Shown here one piece after another: positions 11,640 through 24,320 of a stretch of DNA of 64,000 nt (position 1 is its first letter; each line of letters opens with the position of its first letter). The notes below the pieces were generated by a model. That model did no database searches, was not told the DNA's origin, and saw only the letters and a list, made by a program, of their open reading frames with translations. The stretch is from NCBI RefSeq assembly GCF_006345805.1, contig NW_021833115.1, positions 1 through 64,000 on the forward strand. The letters run 5' to 3'. Both the position numbers and the translations under genes were made by a program. This DNA comes from Octopus sinensis (Eukaryota).

Positions 11640-12165
11640 CTTCGGGTTGATCCGAGCATTGTGAACTAATATGGGTAGCTGGGAGTTGAGCAGATATCCA
11701 TCGGATTGAGTATGGTTTTGCTGTTCTGGCTTCGGATTGATCCGATCATTGTGAACGAAAATGAGTAGCTGGGAGTTGAGCAGATATCCATCGGATTGAG
11801 TATGGTTTTGCTGTTCTAGCTTCGGGTTGATCCGATCATTGTGAACTAATATGGGTAGCTGGAAGTTGAGTAGAGATCCATCGGATTGAGTATGGTTTTG
11901 CTGTTCTAGCTTCGGATTGATCCGAGTATTGTGAGCGAAAATGAGTAGCTGGGAGTTGAGTAGAAATCCGTCGGATTGAGTATGGTTTTCCTGTTGTAGC
12001 TTCGGATTGATCCGAGCATTGTGAACTAATATGGGTAGCTGGGAGTTGAGTAGAAATCTGTCGGATTGAGTATGGTTTTCCTGTTGTAGCTTCGGATTGA
12101 TCCGAGCATTGTGAACGAAAATGAGTAGCTGGAAGTTGAGTAGAGATCCGTCGGATTGAGTATGC
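11640..12165. repeat. 90-bp minisatellite, about 6 units, with 180-bp higher-order alternation
   Basis: cttcgg(g/a)ttgatccg every 90 bp; units alternate actaatatgggtag and (a/g)cgaaaatgagtag. Confidence 0.9.
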
Positions 12166-12231
12166 TTGTTGCTGAATAGTAACCTTATTCATCTCATCTG
12201 TTTAATAATCTCACTCGACTTCGGACTGTCT

Positions 12232-12518
12232 TTAGTGGAGTTCATTCTCTCCCACATATTCGAAACAGGTTTCCAGTTTGTGGTGAGATAAGTCGATATA
12301 TGAAACTGATGCCTGTTGAAGATACGGAAGGGTATCCAACACTGCGATCGGTTCAGAAGAAGAGTTTGTAATACCTCTGAGTAACTCCTGCATTTTCCGC
12401 GTAGGGCAAAGCATCTTCGCTGTTTTATTTAACCCACAAGTGGTTCTTCCGTCTGCTGTAACACAAATTGTTGTTTCTTCCACCCTTTTCCATACACGTC
12501 TTGTCAGTTTTGGAAGTC
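12232..12518 (-). CDS. Candidate terminal coding exon of an unidentified host gene
   Basis: Minus-strand ctgac-cttttgcag acceptor, then a 95-codon open frame (G)LPKLTRRVWKRVEETTICVTADG...ENELH* in unique sequence; no homology recognised. Confidence 0.25.
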
Positions 12519-12825
12519 CTGCAAAAGGTCAGTTGTATTGCCTTTCTTTTCCAGTCTAAACTAATGCATACACAAACAACATCGGCAAACAATAATAGGC
12601 TAAACAGATGGTTCTTTAAAACATAGAAGATAAATAAACGTGGTTTGCTTCACCTATAGAGTTTATTATTATATCACCTCTTTCATCTTGTTATCGTTCG
12701 GACCTGTAATGATGAAGAACAAGAAACCTAATATAAAGAATTCTATTCGTTACTTTGCTCTCAAATGAAACCATTATAAGGAAATCTATGCCGTGGGGCA
12801 TTCAATGTAATTAATACTGATAGTG

Positions 12826-13150
12826 AGTCACACAACACACACTCACACAAACACACACAAATACACACTCACACAAACACACACTCCCACAAACACACAC
12901 TCCCACAAGCACACACTCACACAAACACACACGCACACGCACACACACTCACACAAACACACACTCCCACAAACACACACTCCCACAAGCACACACTCAC
13001 ACAAACACACACTCACACAAACACACACTCCCACAAACACACACGCACACAAACACACACGCACACGCACACACACTCACACAAACACACACTCACACAA
13101 ACACACACGCACACACATATGCGTACATATATCACACACACACACATATT
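12826..13150. repeat. Compound (CA)n repeat with ctcccacaaa variants
   Basis: Direct reading. Confidence 0.9.
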
Positions 13151-13599
13151 ACACACATATCACACACATACGCATATATATCATTCAGACAAACGTACGT
13201 ACACAGGTACATATATACATACATACAGGCAAACGTACATACATACATATTTCACTTATCCTTTCTCCTCCTTTCTTTATCTCTCATTCCTAATTTCTTA
13301 CTCTCATACACTATCGATCATGCTTTTCTCTTTGTCTCTCTGTCTGTCTGTTTGTCTGCCTCTCTCTCTCTCTCTCTCTCTCTTTGTCGCACCCAGTCTT
13401 TCTCTCCCTGTCTCTTGTTCTCCGCCATTCGCTCGATATATCACCCTCTCACATTTTCTCTCTCTCTCTAAGTCATTATATCGCATTCTCTCTCACTCAC
13501 TATTTTCTCTCCCTTTCTTTCTATCTCCCTATTTATCTCTGGTCCTCAACACCTCTCTCTTATACGCATTATATCCTATTATATCTGTCTATCTATCTC

Positions 13600-13619
13600 T
13601 CTATCTACCCATCTATCAC

Positions 13620-13689
<70 letters not shown>

Positions 13690-13816
13690 AAACTACCTAT
13701 CCATCAATCCATTCATCCATCTACCCATCCATCCGCTTACCTACCTACGTACGTACCTACCTACCTACCTACCTACCTACCTACCTATCTAACTTCCTTC
13801 CTTCCTACCTACCTTC

Positions 13817-13893
<77 letters not shown>

Positions 13894-14302
13894 AATCCAT
13901 CCATCCATCCATCCATCCATCTATCCCTCGTAGGCTTTTCTTCCCACGGATAAACCTTACTTGCTTTCCCCTTTACACCATATATCATAACACTGTGATA
14001 CACGATCCCTATTGATCGTTCTTTCTTTTCCTCTTCCCCCTTTTTTCCCCCTTTTTTCTTCTTTTTTCATTTCTCTTTTCTTTTGTTCCTTTTCCTTTTC
14101 TTTTTTTTTCTTTTTATTCCTTTTTTTTTATTTAATTTTTTTTGTTCTTCTTTTTCCCTTTTACGATCCCTCTTGATCGAAAACCTACGCCACCCCTTTT
14201 TTTTTCTTTTGTTTTTTTTTGTTTTTTTCATCCCCCAAAAGAAAAGCTCTACCTTGTAACTTGTCCCATCTGTGTGCAGCCCTGTGTGGCCAATAAAGAA
14301 AC

Positions 14303-14375
<73 letters not shown>

Positions 14376-14464
14376 CATCCATCCATCCATCCATCTATCT
14401 ATCTATCTATCTATCTATCCATCCATCCATCCATCCATCCATCCATCCATCTATCTATCTATCT

Positions 14465-14498
<34 letters not shown>

Positions 14499-14563
14499 CA
14501 TCCATCCATCCATCCATCTATCTATCTATCTATCTATCTATCCATCCATCCATCCATCCATCC

Positions 14564-14627
<64 letters not shown>

Positions 14628-14650
14628 GTCTGTCTGTCTGTCTGTCTGTC
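13600..14650. repeat. (TATC)n/(CATC)n/(TACC)n tetranucleotide blocks (13600-13925 and 14304-14650)
   Basis: Direct reading. Confidence 0.9.
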
Positions 14651-14991
14651 TATTTTCTCAACCTTTCCCTCTCTCTCTCCTCTCCTCTCCCTTTCTGTCA
14701 ATAACTTCCCACGTTGATCAACACTTCGCATGATATACGAGACCTCATCAACCACCTTACTAATCATATACACATCCACACATACTCATATACATTCACA
14801 TATACACACACACACACATACCATACACATGTGCACAACAATACACTCACGCACACATATTTACATCTACACACATATTTACATCTACACACATACCTCA
14901 CCATACACATATACACCACCAACAACGCACGTCATCACACGCATGCACACACCTCTAAAAACGTAAGAGCATATGCTCATACACACCTCAC

Positions 14992-15026
<35 letters not shown>

Positions 15027-15027
15027 A

Positions 15028-15060
<33 letters not shown>

Positions 15061-15189
15061 GTTTTGAAAGAGTAAATAAACAAAAGCAACTAATTGTTTG
15101 TTTTGGCAACTAAGGCACGCCTTTGAAACCAACACCTGCGCATGCGTTCTGATGTTAAGTCTGCATATGTTTGTGTGTGTGTGTGTGTA

Positions 15190-17470
15190 TTTCCATGCAT
15201 GAATGTGTATGTGTGTGTATATATGTATGTATGTATTTGTGTGTATATGTGTGTGTGTATGTTTACATGTGTTTGGGTGCACTATGTACCATGAATGTGT
15301 ATGTATGTATATATGTATGTATTTATATATGTATGTATGTATGTGTGTGTGTATGTATTTATGCATGTATGTATGTATGTATGTATGTATGTATGTATGT
15401 ATTTATGTATGGATGTTTGTATGTATGTATGTATGTATGTATTTATATATGTATGTATGTATGTGTGTGTGTATGTATTTATGCATGTATGCATGTATGT
15501 ATGCATGTATGTATGTATGTATGTATGTATGTATGTTTGTATGTATGTATGTATGTATGTATGTATGTATGTATGTTTGTATGTATGTATGTATGTATGT
15601 ATGTATGTATGTATGTATGTATGTATGTATGTATGTATGTATGTTTGTATGTATGTATGTATGTATGTATGTATGTGTGTATATGTGTATGTTTGTATGT
15701 ATGTATGTATGCATGTATGCATGTATGTTTGTATGTATGTATGTATGTATGTATGCATGTATGTATGTATGTATGTATGTATGTATTTATGCATGTATGC
15801 ATGTATGTATGTATGTATGTATGTATGCATGTATGTATGTATGTATGTATGTATGTATGCATGTATGTATGTATGTATGTATGTATGTATGCATGTATGT
15901 ATGTATGTATGTATGTATGTATGCATGCATGCATGCATGTATGTATGTATGCATGCATGTATGTATGTATGTATGTATGTATGTATGCATGTATGTATGT
16001 ATGTATGTATGTATGTAGTATGTATTTATGCATGTATGCATGTATGTATGTAGTATGTATGTATGCATGCATGTATGTATGTATGTATGTATGTATGCAT
16101 GTATGTATGTATGTATGTATGTATGTATGCATGTATTATGTATGGTATGTATGTATGTATGTATGCATCATGCATGCATGTATGTATGTATGTATGTATG
16201 CATGCATGTATGTATGTATGTATGTATGTATGTATGTATGTATGCATGTATGCATGTATGTATGTATGTATGTATGTATGTTTGTATGTATGTATGTATG
16301 TATGTATGTATGTATGCATGTATGCATGTACGTATGTACGTATGTATGTATGTATGTATGTATGTATGTATGTATGTATGTATGTATGCATGTATGTATG
16401 TATGTATGTATGTATGTATGTATGTTTGTATGTATGTATGTATGTATGTATGTATGCATGCATGCATGCATGCATGCATGTATGCATGTATGCATGTATG
16501 TATGTATGTATGTATGTATGCATGTATGTATGCATGTATGTATGTATGTTTGTATGTATGTATGTATGTATGTATGCATGTATGCATGTATGCATGTATG
16601 CATGTATGTATGTATGTATGTTTGTATGTATGTATGTATGTATGTATGTATGTATGCATGTATGCATGTATGTATGTATGTATGCATGTATGCATGTATG
16701 CATGTATGCATGTATGTATGTATGTATGTTTGTATGTTTGTATGTATGTATGTATGTATGTATGCATGTATGCATGTATGTATGTATGTATGTATGTATG
16801 TTTGTATGTTTGTATGTATGTATGTATGTATGTATGTATGTATGTATGCATGTATGTATGTATGTATGTATGTATGTTTGTATGTATGTATGTATGTATG
16901 CATGCATGCATGTATGTATGTATGTATGTATGTATGTATGTTGTATGTAGTATGTATGTATGTATGTATTGTATGTTTGTATGTATGTATGTATGTATGT
17001 ATGTATGTATGCATGCATGTATGTATGTATGTATGTATGTATGCATGTATGTATGTATGTATGCATGTATGTATGTATGTATGTATGTCTGTATATATGT
17101 ATGTATGTATTATGTATGTATGTATGTATGTATGTATGTATGTATGTATGTATGTATGTATGTATGCATGTATGTATATATTTCTTTACTACCCACAAGG
17201 GGCTAAACACAGAGGGGACAAACAAGGGCAGACAAACAGATTAAGTCGATTAGATCGACCCCTGTGCGTAACTGGTACTTAATTTATCGACCCCGAAAGG
17301 ATGAAAGGCAAAGTCGACCTCGGCGGAATTTGAACTCGGAACGTAACGACAGACCAAATACGGCTACGCATTTCACCCGGCGTGCTAACGTTTCTGCCAG
17401 CTCGCCGCCATGTATGTATGTATGTATGTATGTATGTATGTATGTATGTATGTATGTATGTATGTATGCA
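15190..17470. repeat. About 2.2-kb (TATG)n/(CATG) tetranucleotide array, interrupted by SINE A
   Basis: Direct reading; source of all the MYVC/HTYI ORFs. Confidence 0.95.
17188..17408 (-). mobile_element. SINE family A (tail type 1)
   Basis: Reverse complement of the full element inside the TATG array. Confidence 0.9.
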
Positions 17471-17806
17471 TGTGTGTATGTGTGTGTACATGTGTTTGCG
17501 TGCACCATGCACCATAAATGTGTATGCATGTATGTGTGTGTATGTATACATGTGCTTGCGTGCACCATGCATATATATATGTGTGTGTGTGTGTGTGTTG
17601 TGTGTGTGTGAGTGTGTGTGCGTGTGTGTGTGTGTGCATGTATATCTGTTTGCATGGCAGGAAGAGGGGAGGTTGGTATGCATGGATGACTGTTGGTGTT
17701 CCATAAAAAACCTTGCCTGCACTTGTGCTTCGGGGAATTTTCTAGGTGCAATCCCATGGTCATTCACGACCAAAGCAGGTCTTAACTCTTTACTCTTCTT
17801 ATAACT

Positions 17807-17844
<38 letters not shown>

Positions 17845-18852
17845 ATGTGTGTGTCAGTGCCTTTGTATCTATTCCCCACCCTGTGACACCTGGTGCTGGT
17901 TTATTTATATCCCTGTGACATAGCAGTTCGGCAAAAGTGACTGAAGAAAAGTAAATATTACTAGGCTTCATTTGTTTGTCCAAACCCTTCACGATGGTGC
18001 CCCAGCATGACCGCAGGTCAATGAATGAAACAAGAAAAAGATAAAAGGGTACAAGTTCCACAGCAAGGTATTCCCTTCATCAGCTCTCAACTGAAACGGT
18101 TTCGGCACTTTTCTATGATATCGCTGAAACCAGAGGTGCAAAGTAGAATTAATGCAACCAGGTTATGTCCAGAGTCTTTTAGCCCCCCACTACTCTGTAG
18201 CATGCTTTCCTCCCAACGTTCATTATCAATGCAGCAGTCACTCTAAACTAGGATCACCTGTAACAATTGCATTCAAGCAAAAAAAAAAAAGAATAGTTAC
18301 ATTCCAAAAATAGTGCATACCGGTAATGAACATGATCCGGAGAGTGGAGCTTTGCAACCGGTAATTCGCTTAATATAAAGAAGATGCACAGGTTTCAACG
18401 AAGACTAATGAGGCTACAGTAAAATTAAATGGCTGAATTAACTTTCAGAGTTGCGCCTACTGGGGATCGGAGAATCCGCATATTACGGAAGAAGATTGCT
18501 TTAATTTGCTGGGAGTTACATTACGGTGTAGCTTATCGTCAAAAGGGAGTTATTGGATCGCATTCTCTAGGCGGTAGTGACTGGTCACTCTATCTTGAAG
18601 TTGCGATAATTTATTATGACAAGCATTCACAAGGACTTTGTTACTGTGTAGATCAGAGAATATTGAAGTTTAGTAATAATGTGATATGTCATACGTCATA
18701 CGTTGAGTTTTATGTTTTGGAAACATGAAATACATCTACACTATCATACTTTGATGAGATTTTTACCAAACAGGTAGATTGGATGAAGGCCTTCGGTAAA
18801 ATACCCTCCACGTTCACCGGACCTCACACTACTAGAAGTTTTTTTTATATAG

Positions 18853-19009
18853 GGAGCGGCTGTGTGGTAAGTAATTTGCTTCCCAACCACATGGTTCCGG
18901 GTTCAGTCCCACTGTGTGGCACCTTGGGCAAGTGTCTTCTACTATAGACTCGGGCCGACCAAAGCCTTGTGAGTGGATTTGGTAGACGGAAACTGAAAGA
19001 AGCCCGTCG

Positions 19010-19052
<43 letters not shown>

Positions 19053-19272
19053 GTGTGTGTGTTTGCGTTTGTGTGCGTGTGTTTGTCCCCCAACATCGCT
19101 TGGCAACCAATGCTGGGGTGGTTGCGTCTCCGTAACTTAGCGGTTCGGCAAGAGAGATCGATAGAATAAGTACTAGGCTTACAATGAATAAGTCCTGGGG
19201 TCGATTTGCTCGACTAATGGCGGTGCTCCAGCATGGACGCAGTCAAATGACTTGAAACAAGTAAAAGAGTAA
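18853..19272 (+). mobile_element. SINE family B
   Basis: agcggctgtgtggtaag ... gacttgaaacaagtaaaagagtaaaga. Confidence 0.9.
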
Positions 19273-19614
19273 AGAACAAAAGACTATGCTTAAACGATGA
19301 AGTTTATTGTACAAAACCGACAATAGTCGACGGATTGAGGGTAGCCATTGAACGAGAACGCGCATAAATACTGAACGAGATGTCTCTTGAAGTTTTACGA
19401 CTTCATTACTCCATATTATTTTGGACCACAAAGGTAATAATTTGAAAAATTTAATGTTCACAAAAAAAATAATAAATTCTATCTGTAAAATCTATTAAAT
19501 TTTAGAAATTAAATGTATTTTAATAGAACTGAGTCTATAATGATTCAAAGTGTGTACATATTTTGAGACATGTGGTGTATATACATACATACTACATACA
19601 TACATACATACACA

Positions 19615-19650
<36 letters not shown>

Positions 19651-19694
19651 TGCACAGTTGTCAAGAACTCAACTGTCAGTTAAATACATTTTGA

Positions 19695-19732
19695 AATCTG
19701 ATGATTACTAGGATCGTATGAAAGCGCTAATT
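19695..19732 (+). ncRNA. Minimal hammerhead-like motif (core intact, weak stems)
   Basis: aat-CTGATGA-ttac taggatc gtat-GAAA-gcgc-TA-att; palindromic stem III AGCGCT. Confidence 0.45.
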
Positions 19733-19885
19733 GGACTCTATGAACATTGCAAAATATTTTATTAATGTTTAACATTATAAAAAAATTTATATTTTTTAAA
19801 CATACCAAAATAGAAAAAGGTGAAAACCTGACAGTGTTTTAACTTTATTCAACTGATATATTCTATACGCATTTACACAAATTTG

Positions 19886-19974
<89 letters not shown>

Positions 19975-19991
19975 CACATATATATATATAT

Positions 19992-20038
<47 letters not shown>

Positions 20039-20075
20039 CATACATATGCATATATATATATATATATATATATAT

Positions 20076-21243
20076 TGTTACGGAATCACCCGTCGTCGCT
20101 CGCCCAAACGGCCCACTAGTTCACCACGGAGCCCAAAGAGGCGGAGAGAGGAGATACAGATAGATACTGCCACAACCTCAACAGCACAGAGATACAGAGG
20201 CACAACCCGAGATACAACCCAAAGAGGCAAGGCAACAACTGGCAACACTGGCTTATATTCAAACAACAGTTTATACGACAATTACAATTGCTACATATCA
20301 AATACATTTAAGGCAGACATTTAAAGGAAGACATGCACGTGACTACTCAATACATCATACAACAGATCAAAGCATAATACAACAGCATGTAACAATATAA
20401 CAGTCCGGAGACACAACAAGTCATATACAGTATTTCAAAGGTACACGTCCGAAGACACAGTTCTTTTAAAGTCTCTTCCTAAACATCACAATCAACAAGT
20501 CATTTACTCTTCTTCTTCACTGTTCATTTCTTTTCACTGTCTCTTTACATCGTGACACGCATCAATACACAATCACATACCTTAATTCCCAACTGAATCG
20601 CCAGTGTCCCATTCTGCACCTCATCTCTCCGTACCGCTAATTCCCCTGTACATATTCCCTTCTGTGCCGCCAAGTTTTCTCGCATCCCAGCTTGCTCGCT
20701 AAGATTCCAACGCTTCTAAGATTCCATCTACTCGCTCTGACTTCCAGGATCCAACTGTCTTCTTCGAGGACCGGCCAGCGACTCCAAGATTCGTCTGTGT
20801 TCCTCGACGACCGCTCAACGACTGCCCAGAACCTCACTTCCTTGTCCTGACTTCCACTCCCTCATCTCCCTCTGTCTACCACCTATAGTTTTCTATTTGC
20901 TATCTGATTCCTTACTCTATCTATATATCCCCTACTGTCCCTTAGCCTCTCTATCTGTCCCTTAGTCTTATATTCTATCTCTCTCATGACAGCTCTACCA
21001 AACTCTCTGCCTGTCCTTCTCTCCTACTGTCAATACCCTCTCCATCTGCTCTTAGATTCCCTTAATCTGTCCCCCTCTTCACTTCTTCAAGGGGTGCTTA
21101 GAATGACCTCCAATCGACCGCACAAGGCCAGAAAGGTCTCATTAATCTCCCAGTAGACAAAGGACCCGTCACATTTTTACCAGACATGCTGGAGCCATAA
21201 TTCCTAAGTGGGTCACCAGAAATGCACTTAGCCAACCGTAACA
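20076..21243 (-). repeat. 3' LTR
   Basis: tgttacgg...ccgtaaca with 8-bp terminal inverted repeats. Confidence 0.9.
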
Positions 21244-21256
21244 CTACCCCCTACCT
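21244..21256 (-). other. Polypurine tract
   Basis: Minus strand aggtagggggtag immediately before the 3' LTR. Confidence 0.85.
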
Positions 21257-21283
21257 AAGCTTTTGTCGACCCGACAAAGCATA

Positions 21284-22474
21284 CTAAACTCGCACCTCCG
21301 AGCAGCAGACTCTCCAGGGGCTGGGGGTCCCCTTGGGTGGTTTCTCCTCCGGGGGTCTCACATCCCACGGCCACCACTTCAGCACCAGCCACAGGTTGGC
21401 ACCTTCCCTCTGCGGCTTGGGTAACACCTCCGCCAACGCCGCCAGGCTTCCTACTAGCCGCCCACAATAGGCGCACCGTCCGAGGAAGTTCCTCAAATCC
21501 CTTCCACAGGCAGGGTCCGGCCAATCCTTCACAGTGGCCACCTTCCTCAGGGCTCTATAGCCCACGTAGCACGTTGCTGTACCATCCCCATTCCGCGCAA
21601 TTATCGCTGACGACCAGGGACCATTCTGTCCTTTCACTGTTACCTGTCGCCGATATCTCCTCTTGCGCTGCTGTACTGAGACCTTCCTCCGGCCTCGCTG
21701 CCTCCTCAAGCGACAACCGCCTTGGTCGACGAAACGTTCTGCCAGGTCCGTGCGACCAGCATCCAACAACCCTCGCGACCAACGTCCTGCGCTTTTCACC
21801 AACAGTTGCCTCTTCCGCAACTGCACCAGCGGACCACGAACTCCCTTAACTTCATCTCTGCACCGGCAGAACTGACCCCGCCGCTGGTTTACCGTCCGGC
21901 GCAGTTCCACGATTTGCCCTCTGCAAATCGCCTGCGCAGCCTTCAATAACTCGGCCGACCCAACCAGCGCTCTGTCAGACTCTGCCTCCACCAGGGTCCA
22001 GCCGACCCTCAACTGAGCTCCTACTATACACTGCCTGTCGGGCTCCACCGGCCCCAAGCAACCATCAACCACAAAGCTCACCCAACGCTGAAGCAGTCTT
22101 CCTGGACTCGGTGGACCCACCGCCGTTCGCAGCCGTCTCGCCTCGTCAACGGGCCTCGTCCTTTTCCTCACCAGCTTCCGTACCGCAGGCCTCACAACAC
22201 ACACGCCCGGCCGCCAGTCCATCCACGCCTGTGGCCTCTCCACAGTGGGAACCATACAGTCCTTCTGGGCCCCAAGACACAAGGGTCCAGACACCAAAGG
22301 ACTCGCACACGGCACAACACCTGCCGCGACCATCACACACAGAGCCGGAACCTCGGATTCAGCGACATCCGCCCCAGACCTCGCCAGCTCTTCGTCCTGA
22401 GCTCCGAGAGACAGGGGTCGAGATGCCAAGGGCTCCAGACACGGAACAACAGCATCAGCCATAACACCTTCCAC
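21284..22474 (-). CDS. 396-aa ORF with fused Gypsy pol remnants; no YxDD, RNase H catalytic core or integrase
   Basis: PWSSAIIARNGDGTATCYVGYRAL (RT N-terminal motif) runs directly into KVATVKDWPDP..DLRNFLGRCAY (RT thumb). Confidence 0.55.
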   Translation of the reverse strand: MEGVMADAVVPCLEPLASRPLSLGAQDEELARSGADVAESEVPALCVMVAAGVVPCASPLVSGPLCLGAQKDCMVPTVERPQAWMDWRPGVCVVRPAVRKLVRKRTRPVDEARRLRTAVGPPSPGRLLQRWVSFVVDGCLGPVEPDRQCIVGAQLRVGWTLVEAESDRALVGSAELLKAAQAICRGQIVELRRTVNQRRGQFCRCRDEVKGVRGPLVQLRKRQLLVKSAGRWSRGLLDAGRTDLAERFVDQGGCRLRRQRGRRKVSVQQRKRRYRRQVTVKGQNGPWSSAIIARNGDGTATCYVGYRALRKVATVKDWPDPACGRDLRNFLGRCAYCGRLVGSLAALAEVLPKPQREGANLWLVLKWWPWDVRPPEEKPPKGTPSPWRVCCSEVRV

Positions 22475-22909
22475 AGGCCTTTTGGTTACTTCACCTCTAC
22501 GGGTTCCAAATCACAAGATTTCTTGGGTACAGCGTCACAAATTTCGGCAACCAGCCCAGGTTCCGCAAAAACACAGCCGGTCCAGCATCACAGATTTCGG
22601 CAACACTTCCTTCACTATCTGTTTCCCTCGATGCTTCGTTCGACGGGCAATCTCTGCCCACAGGACCGTCGCTATCCTCGGTCCAACACCGATCCTTCAA
22701 AGCTGACCCATCCGCAACCTCAAGCTCCCGCTGATCTGCCCACAGGCCCTGTCGCCTCCTGTCCATTCTCTCCACGAACGCGTCCGTCTGCGCCATCTGG
22801 CCCCTTAACATCTCCACAATCAGAGCAAGCGAAATCTCCTCGTCTCCGGTCTGACAACCAGACAAATCCATAGCGAAAAAGAACCGATCGAAACGCAGCA
22901 ATCAGGACA

Positions 22910-22927
22910 ATCCCACCTCTGACACCA
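22910..22927 (-). other. Primer-binding site complementary to the tRNA-Leu 3' end
   Basis: Minus strand TGGTGTCAGAGGTGGGAT, 2 nt after the 5' LTR. Confidence 0.85.
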
Positions 22928-22929
22928 GT

Positions 22930-24101
22930 TGTCACGGAATCACCCGTCGTCGCCCGTCCCGAACGGCTCACACAAGTTCCGCCACGGAACCCAAAGAGGC
23001 GGAGAGAGGAGATACAGATAGATACTGCCACAACCTCAACAGCACAGAGATACAGAGGCACAACCCGAGATACAACCCAAAGAGGCAAGGCAACAACTGG
23101 CAACACTGGCTTATATTCAAACAACAGTTTATATGACAATTACAATTGCTACACATCAAATACATTTAAGGCAGACATTTAAAGGAAGACATGCACGTGA
23201 CTACTCAATACATCATACAACAGATCAAAGCATAATACAACAGCATGTAACAATATAACAGTCCGGAGACACAACAAGTCATATACAGTATTTCAAAGGT
23301 ACCCGTCCGAAGACACAGTTCTTTTAAAGTCTCTTCCTAAACATCACAATCAACAAGTCCTTTACTCTTCTTCTTCACTGTTCATTTCTTTTCACTGTCT
23401 CTTTACATCGTGACACGCATCAATACACAATCACATACCTTAATTCCCAACTGAATCGCCAGTGTCCCATTCTGCACCTCATCTCTCCGTACCGCTAATT
23501 CTCCTGTACATATTCCCTTCTGTGCCGCCAAGTTTTCTCGCATCCCAGCTTGCTCGCTAAGATTCCAACGCTTCTAAGATTCCATCTACTCGCTCTGACT
23601 TCCAGGATCCAACTGTCTTCTTCGAGGACCGGCCAGCGACTCCAAGATTCGTCTGTGTTCCTCGACGACCGCTCAACGACTGCCCAGAACCTCACTTCCT
23701 TGTCCTGACTTCCACTCCCTCATCTCCCTCTGTTCTACCACCTATAGTCTTTCTATTTGCTATCTGATTCCTTACTCTATCTATATCGCCTACTGTCCCT
23801 TAGCCTCTCTATCTGTCCCTTAGTCTTATACTCTATCTCTCTCATGACAGCTCTACCAAACTCTCTGTCTGTCCTTCTCTCCTACTGTCAATACCCTCTC
23901 CATCTGCTCTTAGATTCCCTTAATCTGTCCTCCTCTTCACTTCTTCAAGGGGTGCTTAGAATGACCTCCAATCGACCGCACAAGGCCAGAAAGGTCTCAT
24001 TAATCTCCCAGTAGACAAAGGACCCGTCACATTTTTACCAGACATGCTGGAACCATAATTCCTAAGTGGGTCACCAGAAATGCACTTAGCCAACCGTAAC
24101 A
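22930..24101 (-). repeat. 5' LTR
   Basis: tgtcacgg...ccgtaaca; near-identical to 20076-21243. Confidence 0.9.
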
Positions 24102-24136
<35 letters not shown>

Positions 24137-24184
24137 CATACACACACACATATATATATGTATGTATATATATATATATAGGGA

Positions 24185-24320
24185 GAATTCAAAAAACAAA
24201 AGACGAAGACAGGTGGTGTAGACAACAAACAGATGTATTAGTTTAACGCTCGTGAAGTGAAGAAGTCTTTAACGTTTCGAGCCTACGCTTTTCTACAGAA
24301 AGGAACACAGAAAGAAACAT
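24185..24320 (-). mobile_element. Penelope-type short repeat with decayed hammerhead (24267-24302)
   Basis: Minus strand cttt-CTGTAGA-a-aagc gtag gctc-GAAA-cg-TT-aaag; abuts (TA)n. Confidence 0.5.

Larger units (their letters stand above)
20076..24101 (-). mobile_element. Non-autonomous Gypsy-type LTR retrotransposon (1.17-kb LTRs, 1.69-kb internal region) in (TA)n
   Basis: TG...CA LTRs at 20076-21243 and 22930-24101; PBS; PPT; ATAT 4-bp TSD-compatible flanks; RT remnants. Confidence 0.9.

Noticed and set aside
15171-17282. 703-aa and other MYVC/HTYI ORFs
   Set aside because: Translations of (TATG)n, open in several frames on both strands.
18429-18728. 99-aa ORF, and an overlapping short minus-strand frame NKVLVNACHNK...
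   Set aside because: No recognisable domain and no convincing paired splice sites.
20637-20837. 66-aa ORF duplicated at 23495-23695
   Set aside because: Lies inside the LTRs; the duplication reflects LTR identity only.
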